From NCBI RefSeq assembly GCF_001194135.2, contig NC_068983.1:78013468-78061476 (forward strand): a DNA stretch of 48,009 nucleotides, given 5' to 3'. The notes under the pieces are model-generated. The model was not told the origin of the DNA. It ran no database searches and saw only the letters and a list, made by a program, of their open reading frames with translations. The DNA is from Octopus bimaculoides. Its lineage: Eukaryota. This document shows, piece after piece, positions 37,111-48,009 of the stretch. A program made the translations under genes and the position numbers. Within the stretch, counting starts at the first letter, position 1. The number at the start of each line of letters is the position of its first letter.

Positions 37111-37362
37111 AATGAGTTTAAATAGTGTTGCCAGATTACTAGTTACGGGTTTAAATAGTGCTCCGTAAGAATGACATGGACAATACAGAATTTACATTAG
37201 GCTAAAAGTTATACTACATTTTACCGCCCGCTTGTGATAAGTAGTAAGTACTAAAGATATACACATCCAAAAGCGAAGCGAAATTATTTAAGACATCTAA
37301 TACTAAAGGTTAGGAACAATGAAATGTTTAGTGATAGCAGATTTTAAATAAAATCCACTCAC

Positions 37363-37406
37363 TTAAGTACTTGAACCAGCATTTTTCTGCTTGTGGAAGT
37401 CATGTT
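37363..37406 (-). CDS. Candidate small exon (NMTSTSRKMLVQVL)
   Basis: tttattttctttttacag|44 nt|gtgagt; splice signals only. Confidence 0.2.
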
Positions 37407-38074
37407 CTGTAAAAAGAAAATAAAGATGAGTTATTACAAATGCAAAAGAAGTAATGGTTTTTTTTGTTGACATTTTTATTTTCTTGATAGGTTATTTGGG
37501 GATTTCTTTTTGACAATATATATCAAAATATACACAAAACAGTAATATAAAATACAAAACGAAATGAACGAAATGTCTTAAACAGAAGTAGTTTATATTT
37601 TATTTCTTTCCAGTCTAAATTATGTTTTTCTCCACAACAGAATTATAAATAAACACTATTATAAAATGGAATAAAAAATACTTCTTAAAATGAATTGGTT
37701 TTATTTCTTTCGAGCTTATATCAAATTTCTTTCCTTAAATTTGCATTTGTTTAGAATTTGTTTATGTTCTTCCAAAACGCTTCGGGGTTATTATATAACT
37801 GTGATCCCCCTTTGACGTCCAGGCTACCTTCTACATTCCAGTTTCCGACTAAATATACTTGCCTGTAGTATCCACTCTTTAAAGATTAGCGTCGTTACTT
37901 ATGTATAAGCAACAGATGTTTTCAATAACTCTGGTTCAAAGTCTTTATTCTACACTCCCATCATTTCATCTGCTATTTCTACATGTCTCCAATCTCCTGC
38001 AACAATCATTAGTTGTTCAAATATCTCTCATCGTGTATCGAGGCCCTTTTTCGTTTCAACCTTTCTGCTCCCCC

Positions 38075-38111
<37 letters not shown>

Positions 38112-38874
38112 AACAACTCATTCGCTCGTTCCCTCTTCCTCGGATGTTTTTATCTTCGATACTACACAGAAACCAGTAGGTGAAATGCCTAACCTTTTAT
38201 CCTTTTATATTTTATATTACTTTCAATACCAATTAATATCCTCATTCAGCCATATTATATTTCTGAACGAATTACCTATGTACAAATCTTCTACACACTG
38301 TGAATATGTAATTGACATTGTTTTGGCTTCTGGAGGAAAAGAGTTCCAACGTATTATAACTTATTGATATGAGTGAGAAACAATATATTTAGGGTAGATT
38401 ATGACTTCAGACATAGTAATGATGGTGGGAGAGACAGGTTCATTGAGTGGGTTTCGATGTCATAATATGCAGCTTACTAGTTCGAGGAAGCTGCAATGGT
38501 GGCAGTCGTAGTAAAGCAAACAGCACAGCTGCCAAATGACCTTTTTTATGCGATCAGAGATGTTTGCATTTGTAACAGTCTAGTCATTAGGAAATAACTT
38601 TGAGAATCTTAAATATGTGAAGCCGCTATAAAACATTATCACTCAGGGAGATTATATTTCTGACACTTAGCATTTGCTTTGACTTTAAAGAATTTAGATA
38701 TTCATGGAGAATATAGCATGAAACTATTTCTTCAAAAAGTAGAAATATGTTATCTGGGTGAATATATTACGCTACCAGATAGGTGACAACATAAACTTGT
38801 TCAACAATTCTGTTTGGGAATGTTTTAGACGATTCAAATCATAAACACCCGTTATGTCTACAGTGGAATATATA

Positions 38875-39082
38875 CGAGGTGTGCTGAAAAGTTTCTGGCT
38901 TTGAATAAACGAAAATACAGGAAGATTATGACTTTACTCAACATATTCCCTCTCAGATTCAAACACTTATTGCAGCGGCCTTTCAGTTTTTCCTATGCCC
39001 TGTAAAAGAACTCGGAAGTTTGGGCCTCCAACAAGGCCTTTCGTGATACCCTTAAAGTCAGGAACTTTTCAGCACCCAGTCG
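38875..39082. mobile_element. Tc1/mariner-type MITE (208 bp) with TA TSD
   Basis: TA-CGAGGTGTGCTGAAAAGTTTCTGGCTTT ... AAAGTCAGGAACTTTTCAGCACCCAGTCG-TA; about 28-bp TIRs. Confidence 0.88.
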
Positions 39083-40899
39083 TATATCATATATGAACAC
39101 TTGTTTTTATGGGGGTCGGGGGTTCTTGGAAGAATAGTATCATACTTAGAATAAATTAGCAAAGTTACTAATTATCCTGAAAAATGCGGGGGATATAAGA
39201 CACCAGAGTTGAAAGAATGGAGGGTTACAAAAAACCCAGTCATAGTAGAATTAAACAAAGGGTAAGAGAGAAAAACTTATGACCTTAGAGATAGGTGATT
39301 AGAACCTTAAGTACAAGATTCTCCTCCATGAGCAAATTTTTTTCTCGTATCAAGAGCAATTACATTGTTTTGGGATAATTTCCCAAAACTTCGGTGTGTG
39401 ACGGTCAACAAAATTTTAGTAAATTTGGATTACATAAACCGTTCTGATGTCACTGAGCGGCGAAATATTCTGTGTTGAAGTGTAAAAGAATTCATTGTTT
39501 ACAGGAGTTTACGTCACTCTTGACATGTTGGATCTGAGGGTGACAGGATAATAGTTGGCTTCGTCAGAATCTTAGCTCTTCATGAAGTTGTAGCAAAGAC
39601 ATTTCATTTCATTCAACAGAATATAACCCTGTAGAGAGTTTGGAAAAGAAGAAAACAACTAAATGTGGGATGCAGTTCAACAGAAGGGATACTGTCAACG
39701 CCGGTCAAATTATTGAAAAATTAGCAGATTCTAAAACGTTAGTTGTGATCCACTCGGAAGAAACGAGATAGCTGGCTTCCGTCATATAAACGTGAGATTG
39801 TTTATTAGCTATTCATTGGGTACATTGCTTTATTGCTGGTCGCTTTCTATGTATATTGGTTGTGAATAAAATGCCTTCAAGCGTGTATTAGAAGATGATT
39901 TATGCCAGGTTTTGTAGATAATCATGTTCACTTTTATTGTTGGGAGTGAATCACTTGGAGACGGGACAAGAAATAGGAAGCTTTGGGTGTGTTAGATATG
40001 TGGAAGGACAGACTCGGAAACATGATATCGGTCATCTGCTAAATTAGTTCGGGTAGATCACAGCTGAATATAATTTCTCATGACAAATGATCAGTGTAGA
40101 GTAAGTGGGAGGAAAAGTTAAATGAAGTATATGAATGTCTAGGGATTCGGATATATAGAATAATAGGAAGTTAAAATTTGTTTTATTCATTAGAAAATTG
40201 TAAAACAGTCCTGTGAACACAGAGCTGCATTTGGAACTAAAATTTATGTGAAAAGTGTTTGGGAGTTAAAAGAAAACGAAGAAATAGAAATTTAAAGAAA
40301 GACAACCTGGTGTAGAGAGAAATAAACACGAACCAATTTAAGCAATTTTCTTTTACATTCCATTTTACCGTAACATTTATTTATATTCTGTTCTGAGGGA
40401 AAGGGTAAAAGATTATAAGGCTGAAGAGAGAGAATTGAAAAAAATACCAATTCTGTTTCTTTTTATATTCCACAGAACTCTAATATGTATATATTTCTGT
40501 CCTCAAAAAGAAATAAAACATCATTTCTAACATATCAAGAAAACAAAAATGTCATCAAATACAAATAAATTCTTTGCACCCAGCATACCGTTAACCCTTT
40601 GAAAAGAACAAATATGCTGCCTCTCGTTAGAAATGGGCTGACACAGGTACATCAGTTCATGAATGTCATTTAAATATTGAAGCTTTTATTCAATTGTATC
40701 CATTTCTAAGCATTGGCAGAGTAAAGAAATTCACTTGGCTTTTGTGTTTGTATACTTCTTTAGTTTTACTTCAAATCACAAGTATATTAAAAGTGTAAAA
40801 GATAGTAAAAGAAATAATTCTTGCAGCCAGTAAAGTAGGAATAACAATTGTGTTGAAACCACTGGCAATTTCATCTGTTTCTTCTCATTATCATTACTT

Positions 40900-41059
40900 T
40901 TCTCCTTCTTCTTCTTCTTCTTCTTCAGTTGCTACTGCTAATTCTTCTCATCATCGTCGTTGTCATCGTCGTCGTCATCATCATCATTATCATCATCGTC
41001 ATCATCATCATCATCACCATCCTCCTCCTCCTCATCATCATCATCATCCTCATCATCAT

Positions 41060-41094
<35 letters not shown>

Positions 41095-41120
41095 ATTATT
41101 ATTAATTATTGTTATTATTA
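40900..41120. repeat. Compound (TTC)n-(CAT/CGT/CCT)n-(TAT)n microsatellite
   Basis: Direct reading; explains the poly-S/H/Y ORFs. Confidence 0.95.
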
Positions 41121-41449
41121 TTCGAATTTGGTAAGAGTGAATGTTTATTTGTGGCTCATAAGTTTTCTTTAAAATTTGTTGTTTCATTAGTTGGTATTCC
41201 AAATTTTGATGAACTGTTAACTAAATAATCCAGTTCGCTGCAAGCGGGACGAGCTGCTCTGGCGGGAATTCGACCTTAAGGGTGAATTTTAAGAATCAAA
41301 ATTGCAAATTTAATATTGTAAAATTAATATTGTGGTGGGGAAATGAAGCAATAACAGCAGCAGCAGCAACATCAACAACAATAACAACAACAACAACAGC
41401 AGTAGCGACGAGCAAAGTACATTTAAAAATGACGCAAACACAAACTCTA

Positions 41450-44400
41450 CCACCTTTCCTAACACAAATAGTAACAAAACGACAATTGCGTTATTATTAT
41501 TGAAGGCGTTACGTAGTATGCAATGTTGCAGAACGGGATCGGTTTCGTACAAGCAGAGAATGGAAAAAGTCGAATTGACAAAAAAAAATGTTGAGCAACG
41601 CTAAGCTGCACTTAACAAAGAATGGCGGACTAGTCTTCCTTAACACAACGGAGGAAGTGCAAGAATACACTAAGAAAAAAGTCCATTATATATAAATGCA
41701 TATCATTAAAGGCGAGGATACTGGAGCGGGGAGACGCAGGTTCAGATCGAAATATGCCTGAGACTTGTGTTGCCTATGGGAAACGCTTTGGCACAGTCGA
41801 GGTAAGATTCTCAACTGAAGAATTAGCCAACAAAAGGCTATGACAACCCTCAAAGTTAAGGAATTATGGACAATTCCGACATACCTCGGTCGGAGTGTTC
41901 TCAAAGTAAATGTTGTGGAGGTGCCACCAGAAGTGAGCACTTCTTTGCCGGGAACAGCCGTATTATATGGCACAGAGGTCAAAGTAAAAGTTCTGCAGGT
42001 TCACAAAATTAGAATGGAGAATTGGTCAAGCACAGGCATGGAACTGTGGTTAAATGCCGATCTGAGCAACAATGGAGTTTTCCCTGACCTAATCAACATA
42101 CTTAATGGAACACAGTTATCTGTTTCAGTAGAGAGAAGAAAGCCGAGATGCCATATTTGTGGAAAAACAAATCATTTAAAAAATGTGTGCCCTATGCATA
42201 GAAACGAAAACCTCTGCTACTGTGGGCACCTACAACACAACAGAAACAAAAACAATAACAGCAACGCAAACAACCATACCATCAGCATCAGTGCCCAGAG
42301 CAGTTGCATCCAAACCCAAGCAACAATAGCACCAACAGAAGTAGCAGCAACAGAAATCGATTCAACAACATCAGTAGCAAGCACTAGTACCACCCGCGTG
42401 AAACACTATAACAACATCCACACCTTCGCAACCAAGGGATGCCTTACCCATACTAGTCGACCAGACTACGAGCTTAGAAATAAGTGACTGTACAGACATA
42501 CCCACCTCACTGCCACAGATTTTACCGACTGTGAAAACTCCTTTAGCGAAGAACACAGTCTTTGGAAACCCACCATAATGGATCCTGTTGAAAAAGAAAA
42601 GGAGAAAAAATTACAAAATGAAAAGCGCGGTACAAGACTAAAAGCAGAGAGATCAGAGGAGGAGACACAGGAACCAAGAAACCATCATAAACCTACACCT
42701 TACACCACCGAAATTATAAACATCTTCAACACAAAAGGCACCTCCAACAAACGCCTAAACAAACGAAAACGAATAGCAAACCAGGCCAGCAACATGAAAT
42801 GCACTACCAAGACATCACTGATTACACTGATTAGACATAGACAACAAGAACTTAACAAAACATATTCAAAAATACAGAGACATTACACTCAATGAATACA
42901 TCGCACCCCTCTCATAACACGCCCATTCACATAAAAATTATAAAAACAACACAACACATTTAGTACAAATCCAAAGTAAAATATCCCAGAGAAACGAGAG
43001 ATTTACTGGGTACCGGAAGTAAAAAAAAATCTTTACGAAGAAATGCTTGTAGAAACACCCACAATTAGCCAAAAGGACAGAACATCTGTCTCTCCACAGA
43101 AACATGGTACGTGATTCTCTTCATTCTCATTTTCTCGGACAAACACAACCTTGCTCAGAATAGGCTGTATGAACGCACGTGGCCTGGAGTCACCTTGAGA
43201 AAAGGACCGCTTACTAAATGACCTCAGGTCTCTAAGTTTAGATATAATGTCTATCCAGACTCTCCGACCAACGAACATTCATGCCCATTATCTGTCGATA
43301 CTAGATGTACTTAGATCTATGTCAACTGAGCATGGTGGGGCGGAACTACTGTGTTATTCCGAGGAGGTCTGAATTTGAAGATAAGGATTATCTTTCTAGA
43401 TTCAGAAGATAAGTTAGTGGTCCTGGATGTGAATAGCAGCGACGGGGATGCCTTCATACTAATGGCTGTTTATGCTCTGACAGGGGTTGGATAACCAGAT
43501 TTCTTCAGATGACTGGATGTTTTCCTGGAAACGTCACAATCTTTAGTGCAACTGGGTAACTAGAACACTATCTTGGGCGCATGTTTGGATTGATTGTGTG
43601 GGGGTTAGCTGTTGGAACGGTGGAGGCAAAAGCCACGCAAACCTGCTCAGATGTTTTCAATTGTTTGACATATACCAACTGGATTTCCTGAATATGCCAG
43701 TGCGGCCATGGACGAACTGCATTGGGTCATATAGGTCGTATCTAGATAGAATGTTTTGTTGACCGATAGAAAAGTACAGCATAAGTTGTCCACTTTTGAA
43801 AACTGTCGGCTATTCAAGGCACAAATTTGTGATCTTCACGGTCGACTTCGAGAAACTTCGTCGGCAGGGACCCGGTTACTGAAAGCTGCACGAGTCACTC
43901 CCGGCGTGCCAGGCTTACAGTGACCGGATTAGGGAATTCGTTTAGCGGGCGATGACGTGACCAATCGTCAACAACAAATGGTGGTTTGTTCCCAAAAGTG
44001 CAACGATAGTAGAATCGATTATGTTTAGTAAGACATTAACAATAGAAAGGAAAAGAATAGAGGGGAAGTTAGTTAGAAACTTAGACGAAATGCTTAGAAA
44101 ATGTATCACAACAGACCTACTGGCGACGAGATTAACCTGGACCAATTCTTCAACGCTAAGTGCGAAGGATGCATTGTTTGAGCAAAGGCGCGTGCGCTAA
44201 GAAACGAAGGAACGAAAACCGTTTGTCAGTCCTGAGTGCCAGAAGCGCAAGATGGCAGGCAACATAATTTTGTCTTTGGTGAACCAAAATGGTCACACGG
44301 TACTCAAGCCCGAGCAGATGTGCGCGGCATTTCAACAGCCCTTCACCCAACTTTTCGAAACGAATGGCAATACGAAAGCAGGATAGACTTTAGTGCCTAC

Positions 44401-44995
44401 CTCGACGGCATATCATGACTCTCGGCAAGTGAGGCGGAATGTTTCGAAATGCTGATAACAACTGCGGAAACACAGGGTGCGATGGTGGATCCGACGGCGC
44501 GGGGTGGGTCAAATTGCCTGGTTTCGATGGTTGCCCTACAAGCTTTAGTTTTATAGGCTAGACTTGTTTAGTAGCCTCTTAGATGATATCTACCACAAAT
44601 GGCAGCAGAACGGGAGAATTGCAAGTTCTGTGAGTCGAGGAGCGGTGGCACTGCTAAGAAAAGACACAAAATAAGGGGGACCAAATAGAAAATTTGGGGC
44701 CCATAACGCTGCTGGACGCACATTTCAGAATTTAGGCCGAGGTGTTAGCGAAGAGGTTGGTGCTTGACGTCGAAGAAATGATTGGCGATGCGCAAACATG
44801 CATAATCCCAAACAGATCCATCTACGACAACCTCTGCTTCATGCGATTTATCATAGACAGAGCTAAAGAAGATGGGATAGCTAAGGCTCTGATCAATTTG
44901 AATCAATATAAAGCCTTCGGTAGTGTCGACCATCAATACTTAGCGGCCGTTCTCGCAGCAGCCAGTTTCGGTCCCGTTCTCCGTGGCTAGAACTA
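41450..44995 (+). mobile_element. Tx1/L1-clade LINE with ORF1, APE endonuclease and RT start; 3' half missing
   Basis: ORF1 remnant about 41520-42487 (GTVEVRFSTEELA...PTYLGR...VPPEV...RRKPRCHICGKTNHLKNVCP, CCHC knuckle). ORF2 from about 43150: LRIGCMNARGL, AVYA, LGN*N, WTNCIGSYRSYLDR (APE). RT ENLGPITLLDAH...QTCIIPNRSIYDN...NQYKAFGSVDHQYL...FGP, stopping at about 44990. Many stops; 5' boundary uncertain. Confidence 0.92.
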
Positions 44996-45138
44996 TATAC
45001 TCGGTAATTCGGATGAATATTGTTAGTGTTTTTTATTTTTTACTTTTTGCACTACTTTTATGTAACTCTTCATTGTATTGTCCTGTACCCTCATCAGTGT
45101 TTTTGTGAAACCTGTGTGGCTATTAAAGAAAACATTAA

Positions 45139-45139
45139 T

Positions 45140-45213
<74 letters not shown>
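45139..45213. repeat. (GTA)n microsatellite
   Basis: Direct reading. Confidence 0.97.
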
Positions 45214-45214
<1 letters not shown>

Positions 45215-46349
45215 CGTTTCCAGTTGTCTCCGACTTAATTGTAGCAACAGAAATATTTGTTCCGCGTTCTTTAGCGCGAAAAGATGTTACGTCTGTTTTA
45301 GTATTCCGTGAGATTTGGCTAATATTTCATTAATATCCCGGTTTTGATACCCTTTCCTTGCGTAAACCTTTATATACATTAACAAGAAATTATTTCATTG
45401 AGTATGTGTCGCATGAGAGTCGATATTGAAGTGCCATTCCCTTACACAGAAGGTATGATAAACATGTCATTGTTTTAATTACGCATAAAGCTAACGCGCT
45501 CGGTATGGTATTTCACTCGTAAGTTCACGTTTCGTTTAACTAGTCGAAGAGCACTGATTGCTATCATTACTTATCATCAATGTGTATATTCTCATAACTC
45601 ACATCTTACTCATTTTATTACATTGTTTCAGACGATGCTTCGTTTAGAAGGGGTCCATATGCATTCTAAAGTACCTTCGAGGTTTCATTGTCACAAGAAG
45701 TGTGGTTTGATGTATGCTTAAACGTCATCTCAATTTTTATATAGATGCCACTTCATATTGTCCAAAACATATCGCTATATATGCGATTTTACCTATGAAT
45801 ATATATTCTGTTTTTATTCGACCAAGCAACCAGAAATTGATGTGGTAGTTTCTTGTTTTAACTACATTGCTTATAGCTGACACTAACGGTTATTTTTGTT
45901 TTTGTAATTTTATTTTCGTTTCTTTTGGAGGTTAGATAATATTTTTTGTACGGATAAAATTGGATATTTTATTCATTTATTTATTTTCCTGCAACTTCAA
46001 GCGTGTGTTAGCTTTCGTATTGCTTCGCTTCCTTTTTGTCCAGTCTTGCAGGATACTGATGTCGGAGAATTTTTTCATCTCTTCAGAGATAAAATATTTG
46101 TGTCAATATTAGAAATTTTATTAATATTGCAAATTAGATAGCAGGTCGGTTACTCTTCAAACAGAATTCTTATTGTATCAAATTATGTCCTTCTCCATTC
46201 TGACTTTAATTCTTGCTATGGCTGATTTTGATTTCCATCTTTCTGGAGTTGATTAAATAAAAACCATTTTTGTATTGAGGTCGATGTTATCGATTATACT
46301 CCTTCTCTTGAAATGTATGATCCTGAGCCAATATGAGAAATCGTTATTA

Positions 46350-46950
46350 TTGCAAAAGAGTTGAGGGCGATAGATTGTCAGGATCGTTAGAAGCTCAGAC
46401 AAACTGTCTGGCGTAATTTTTTTTTTCCAGTATTTTACGTTCTGAATTCAAATTTCATCGTCACTGATTTTGACTTTCACCTGTCCAGCGTCTATTAAAT
46501 AGATAATAAAACAATACTGAAAACGATTAAATCAGCTCGGCCCACCGAATTAATTATTTGTGCTTGTATAAAATATCATTATAAGAAAATGGTGGATTAA
46601 GACCTCATTCTATTCAGATACGGTCCAGAATTCAAACTGTACCAAAGCAGGTATTTATATTTTATTCTTCTGGGGTGGATAAATTTGGTGCTTTCGTGTA
46701 ATGGAACCAACTGAAAATGCTCACCAAATATTTGACTATTAACCTATGCTTATACCTAATATTGTTAAAGTACTTAACAGTATTTCATCAGTCTTTACGT
46801 TCTTAGTTTAAATGCCGCCCAGGTTGACTTTGCTTTTCATATTTTCAGGGTCGATGAAATAAGTACCAGTTGAGCACTAGGGGTAATGCGATCGATTAGC
46901 CCACTACTCCAAAATTTCGGGACTTGCGCCCATAGTAGAAAGGATTATTA
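46350..46950 (+). mobile_element. Three tandem degraded ATT-tailed SINE copies
   Basis: TTCTGAATTCAAATTTC (about 46440), CAGAATTCAAACTG (about 46625), and a clear copy at about 46760-46950 (GTTGACTTTGCTTTTCATATTTTCAGGGTCGATGAAATAAGTACCAGTTGAGCACTAGGGG). Confidence 0.72.
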
Positions 46951-47560
46951 TATTTATTGCTAACTTTAACGCAAGTATTTACATTACGTTTCGCATTTTA
47001 CTTTCACTGTGATCATATGAATATATGTATAAATTTATTTCTTGGTTATTTCTTGGTTTATTTCGTTGATACTGTTGTATATTTATTGATTTATTCCATA
47101 TAAGTTTCTTAATAAGCACTAAAGTGTGATTATTGTTAATATCATTTTTCTCGTTATAGTTTTTCTGCTGGTATTTTACAGGATTTCATTGATTATACGT
47201 GTACTTACGATGTAAATAATTATGCAAGCACCCCGAGGTCAGGCTAAATAACGACACAATAATGCTAAAAATGTATAACACTATAATGAAAATAATTGAT
47301 TGTTTAAAAACTCTTACGTCGTTTTCTTATATTGATACAATTCCGGAAATAAGTAGTAAAGTGAATACATTTCGGAAAGCTACTGGTAGTAATTTTAGCA
47401 AAACCTAAAGGATAACAGACAAAAGTGGCATCAGCGTATTTGACCTTGAAATATGGAGGCGAATCTTAATGTCATGTGCCGTGAGGTATCGTCTCCATTC
47501 TGCTATTTCTGCCACTCGACTACTACCACTGCTGCTACTACTTCTAATAAGAATAATAAT

Positions 47561-47765
47561 TATTTCTACAATATGCACAAAGCTTGAAATTTGGTGGGGG
47601 GAGATAGACGACAACATCGACCCCAGTGCTTGACTGCTACTTTATTTATCGACCCTATAAGGATAAAAGGCAAAGTTGGCCTCGGCGAAATTTGAACGTG
47701 AAGTCGGAAGTAATGTGCTAAGCAGTTTTTTTCCGGCATGCTAATGATTACGCTGACTAGCCGCC

Positions 47766-47767
<2 letters not shown>
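47561..47767 (-). mobile_element. ATT-tailed SINE, full length
   Basis: Minus strand AAGGCGGCTAGTCAGCGTAATCATTAGCATGCCGG...TTCAAATTTCGCCGAGGCCAACTTTGCCTTTTATCC...AAGCACTGGGGTCGATG; ATT runs on both sides. Confidence 0.88.

Positions 47768-47830
<63 letters not shown>
47768..47830 (+). repeat. (AAT)n microsatellite
   Basis: Direct reading. Confidence 0.97.
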
Positions 47831-48009
47831 TCCACGGAAACGGAGAAACCACAAAACTATAGACCTATAACCTGTCTCCCTACGATCTACAAAGCCTTTA
47901 CTGCAATAATATCGCAGAGATTGAGTAAACACCTGGAAAATAACAACCTGTTTCCAGAAGAGCAGAAGGGATGCTGCAAGGGCTCATACGGCTGTAAAGA
48001 TCAATTATT
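47831..48009 (+). mobile_element. R4/Dong-clade RT fragment G (cut by window end)
   Basis: ETEKPQNYRPITCLPTIYKAFTAIISQRLSKHLENNNLFPEEQKGCCKGSYGCKDQL, i.e. N-terminal RT motifs, open to the window end. Confidence 0.92.

Noticed and set aside
39621-39772. Plus-strand acceptor followed by about 50 open codons (YNPVESLEKKK...SEETR*)
   Set aside because: No recognisable domain and no partner exon; left uncalled.
40140-40460. EHRAAF...SVWELKEN reading followed by CTGAGGA/CTGAAGA, suggestive of another PLE remnant
   Set aside because: Too degraded; diagnostic Cys/His residues and helix pairings are absent.
41840-42487. 215-aa zinc-knuckle ORF as a host or domesticated gene
   Set aside because: It is the ORF1 remnant of the LINE: upstream part frameshifted, directly followed by the degraded APE-RT ORF2.

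Overview
AT-rich, repeat-dense eukaryotic DNA with four assembly gaps (10359-10662, 11459-12288, 22027-22768, 29299-29359). The SINE families and microsatellite load look like an Octopus/coleoid cephalopod genome (inference from recognised repeat sequences, not a database result). There is no intact protein-coding gene and no rRNA, tRNA gene or CRISPR. Most ORF-track entries are translations of microsatellites, N runs or antisense transposon sequence. Supported content: (i) six degraded R4/Dong-clade RLE-type non-LTR retrotransposon segments. Five sit directly against (AAT)n arrays; a distinct lineage, in two pieces, sits against (ACAT)n arrays. (ii) Two Tx1/L1-type LINE fragments in opposite orientation, one fused directly to the stop codon of a Dong copy. 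(iii) Penelope-like (PLE) remnants: a GIY-YIG C-terminus, pLTR-like ends with hammerhead-like motifs, and two long inverted repeats (about 200-816 and 31543-32131). (iv) A mariner fossil split by a SINE, a hAT-type MITE with an 8-bp TSD, and a Tc1/mariner MITE. (v) About 20 SINE/short-repeat copies, several in same-orientation tandem runs. A few low-confidence host exon candidates exist, mostly on the minus strand, including a possible 7TM-receptor terminal exon. No demonstrably new biological system is provable from the sequence. The best leads are the apparent two-microsatellite target partition of R4-like elements and the PLE-type fold-back elements with ribozyme-like cores.
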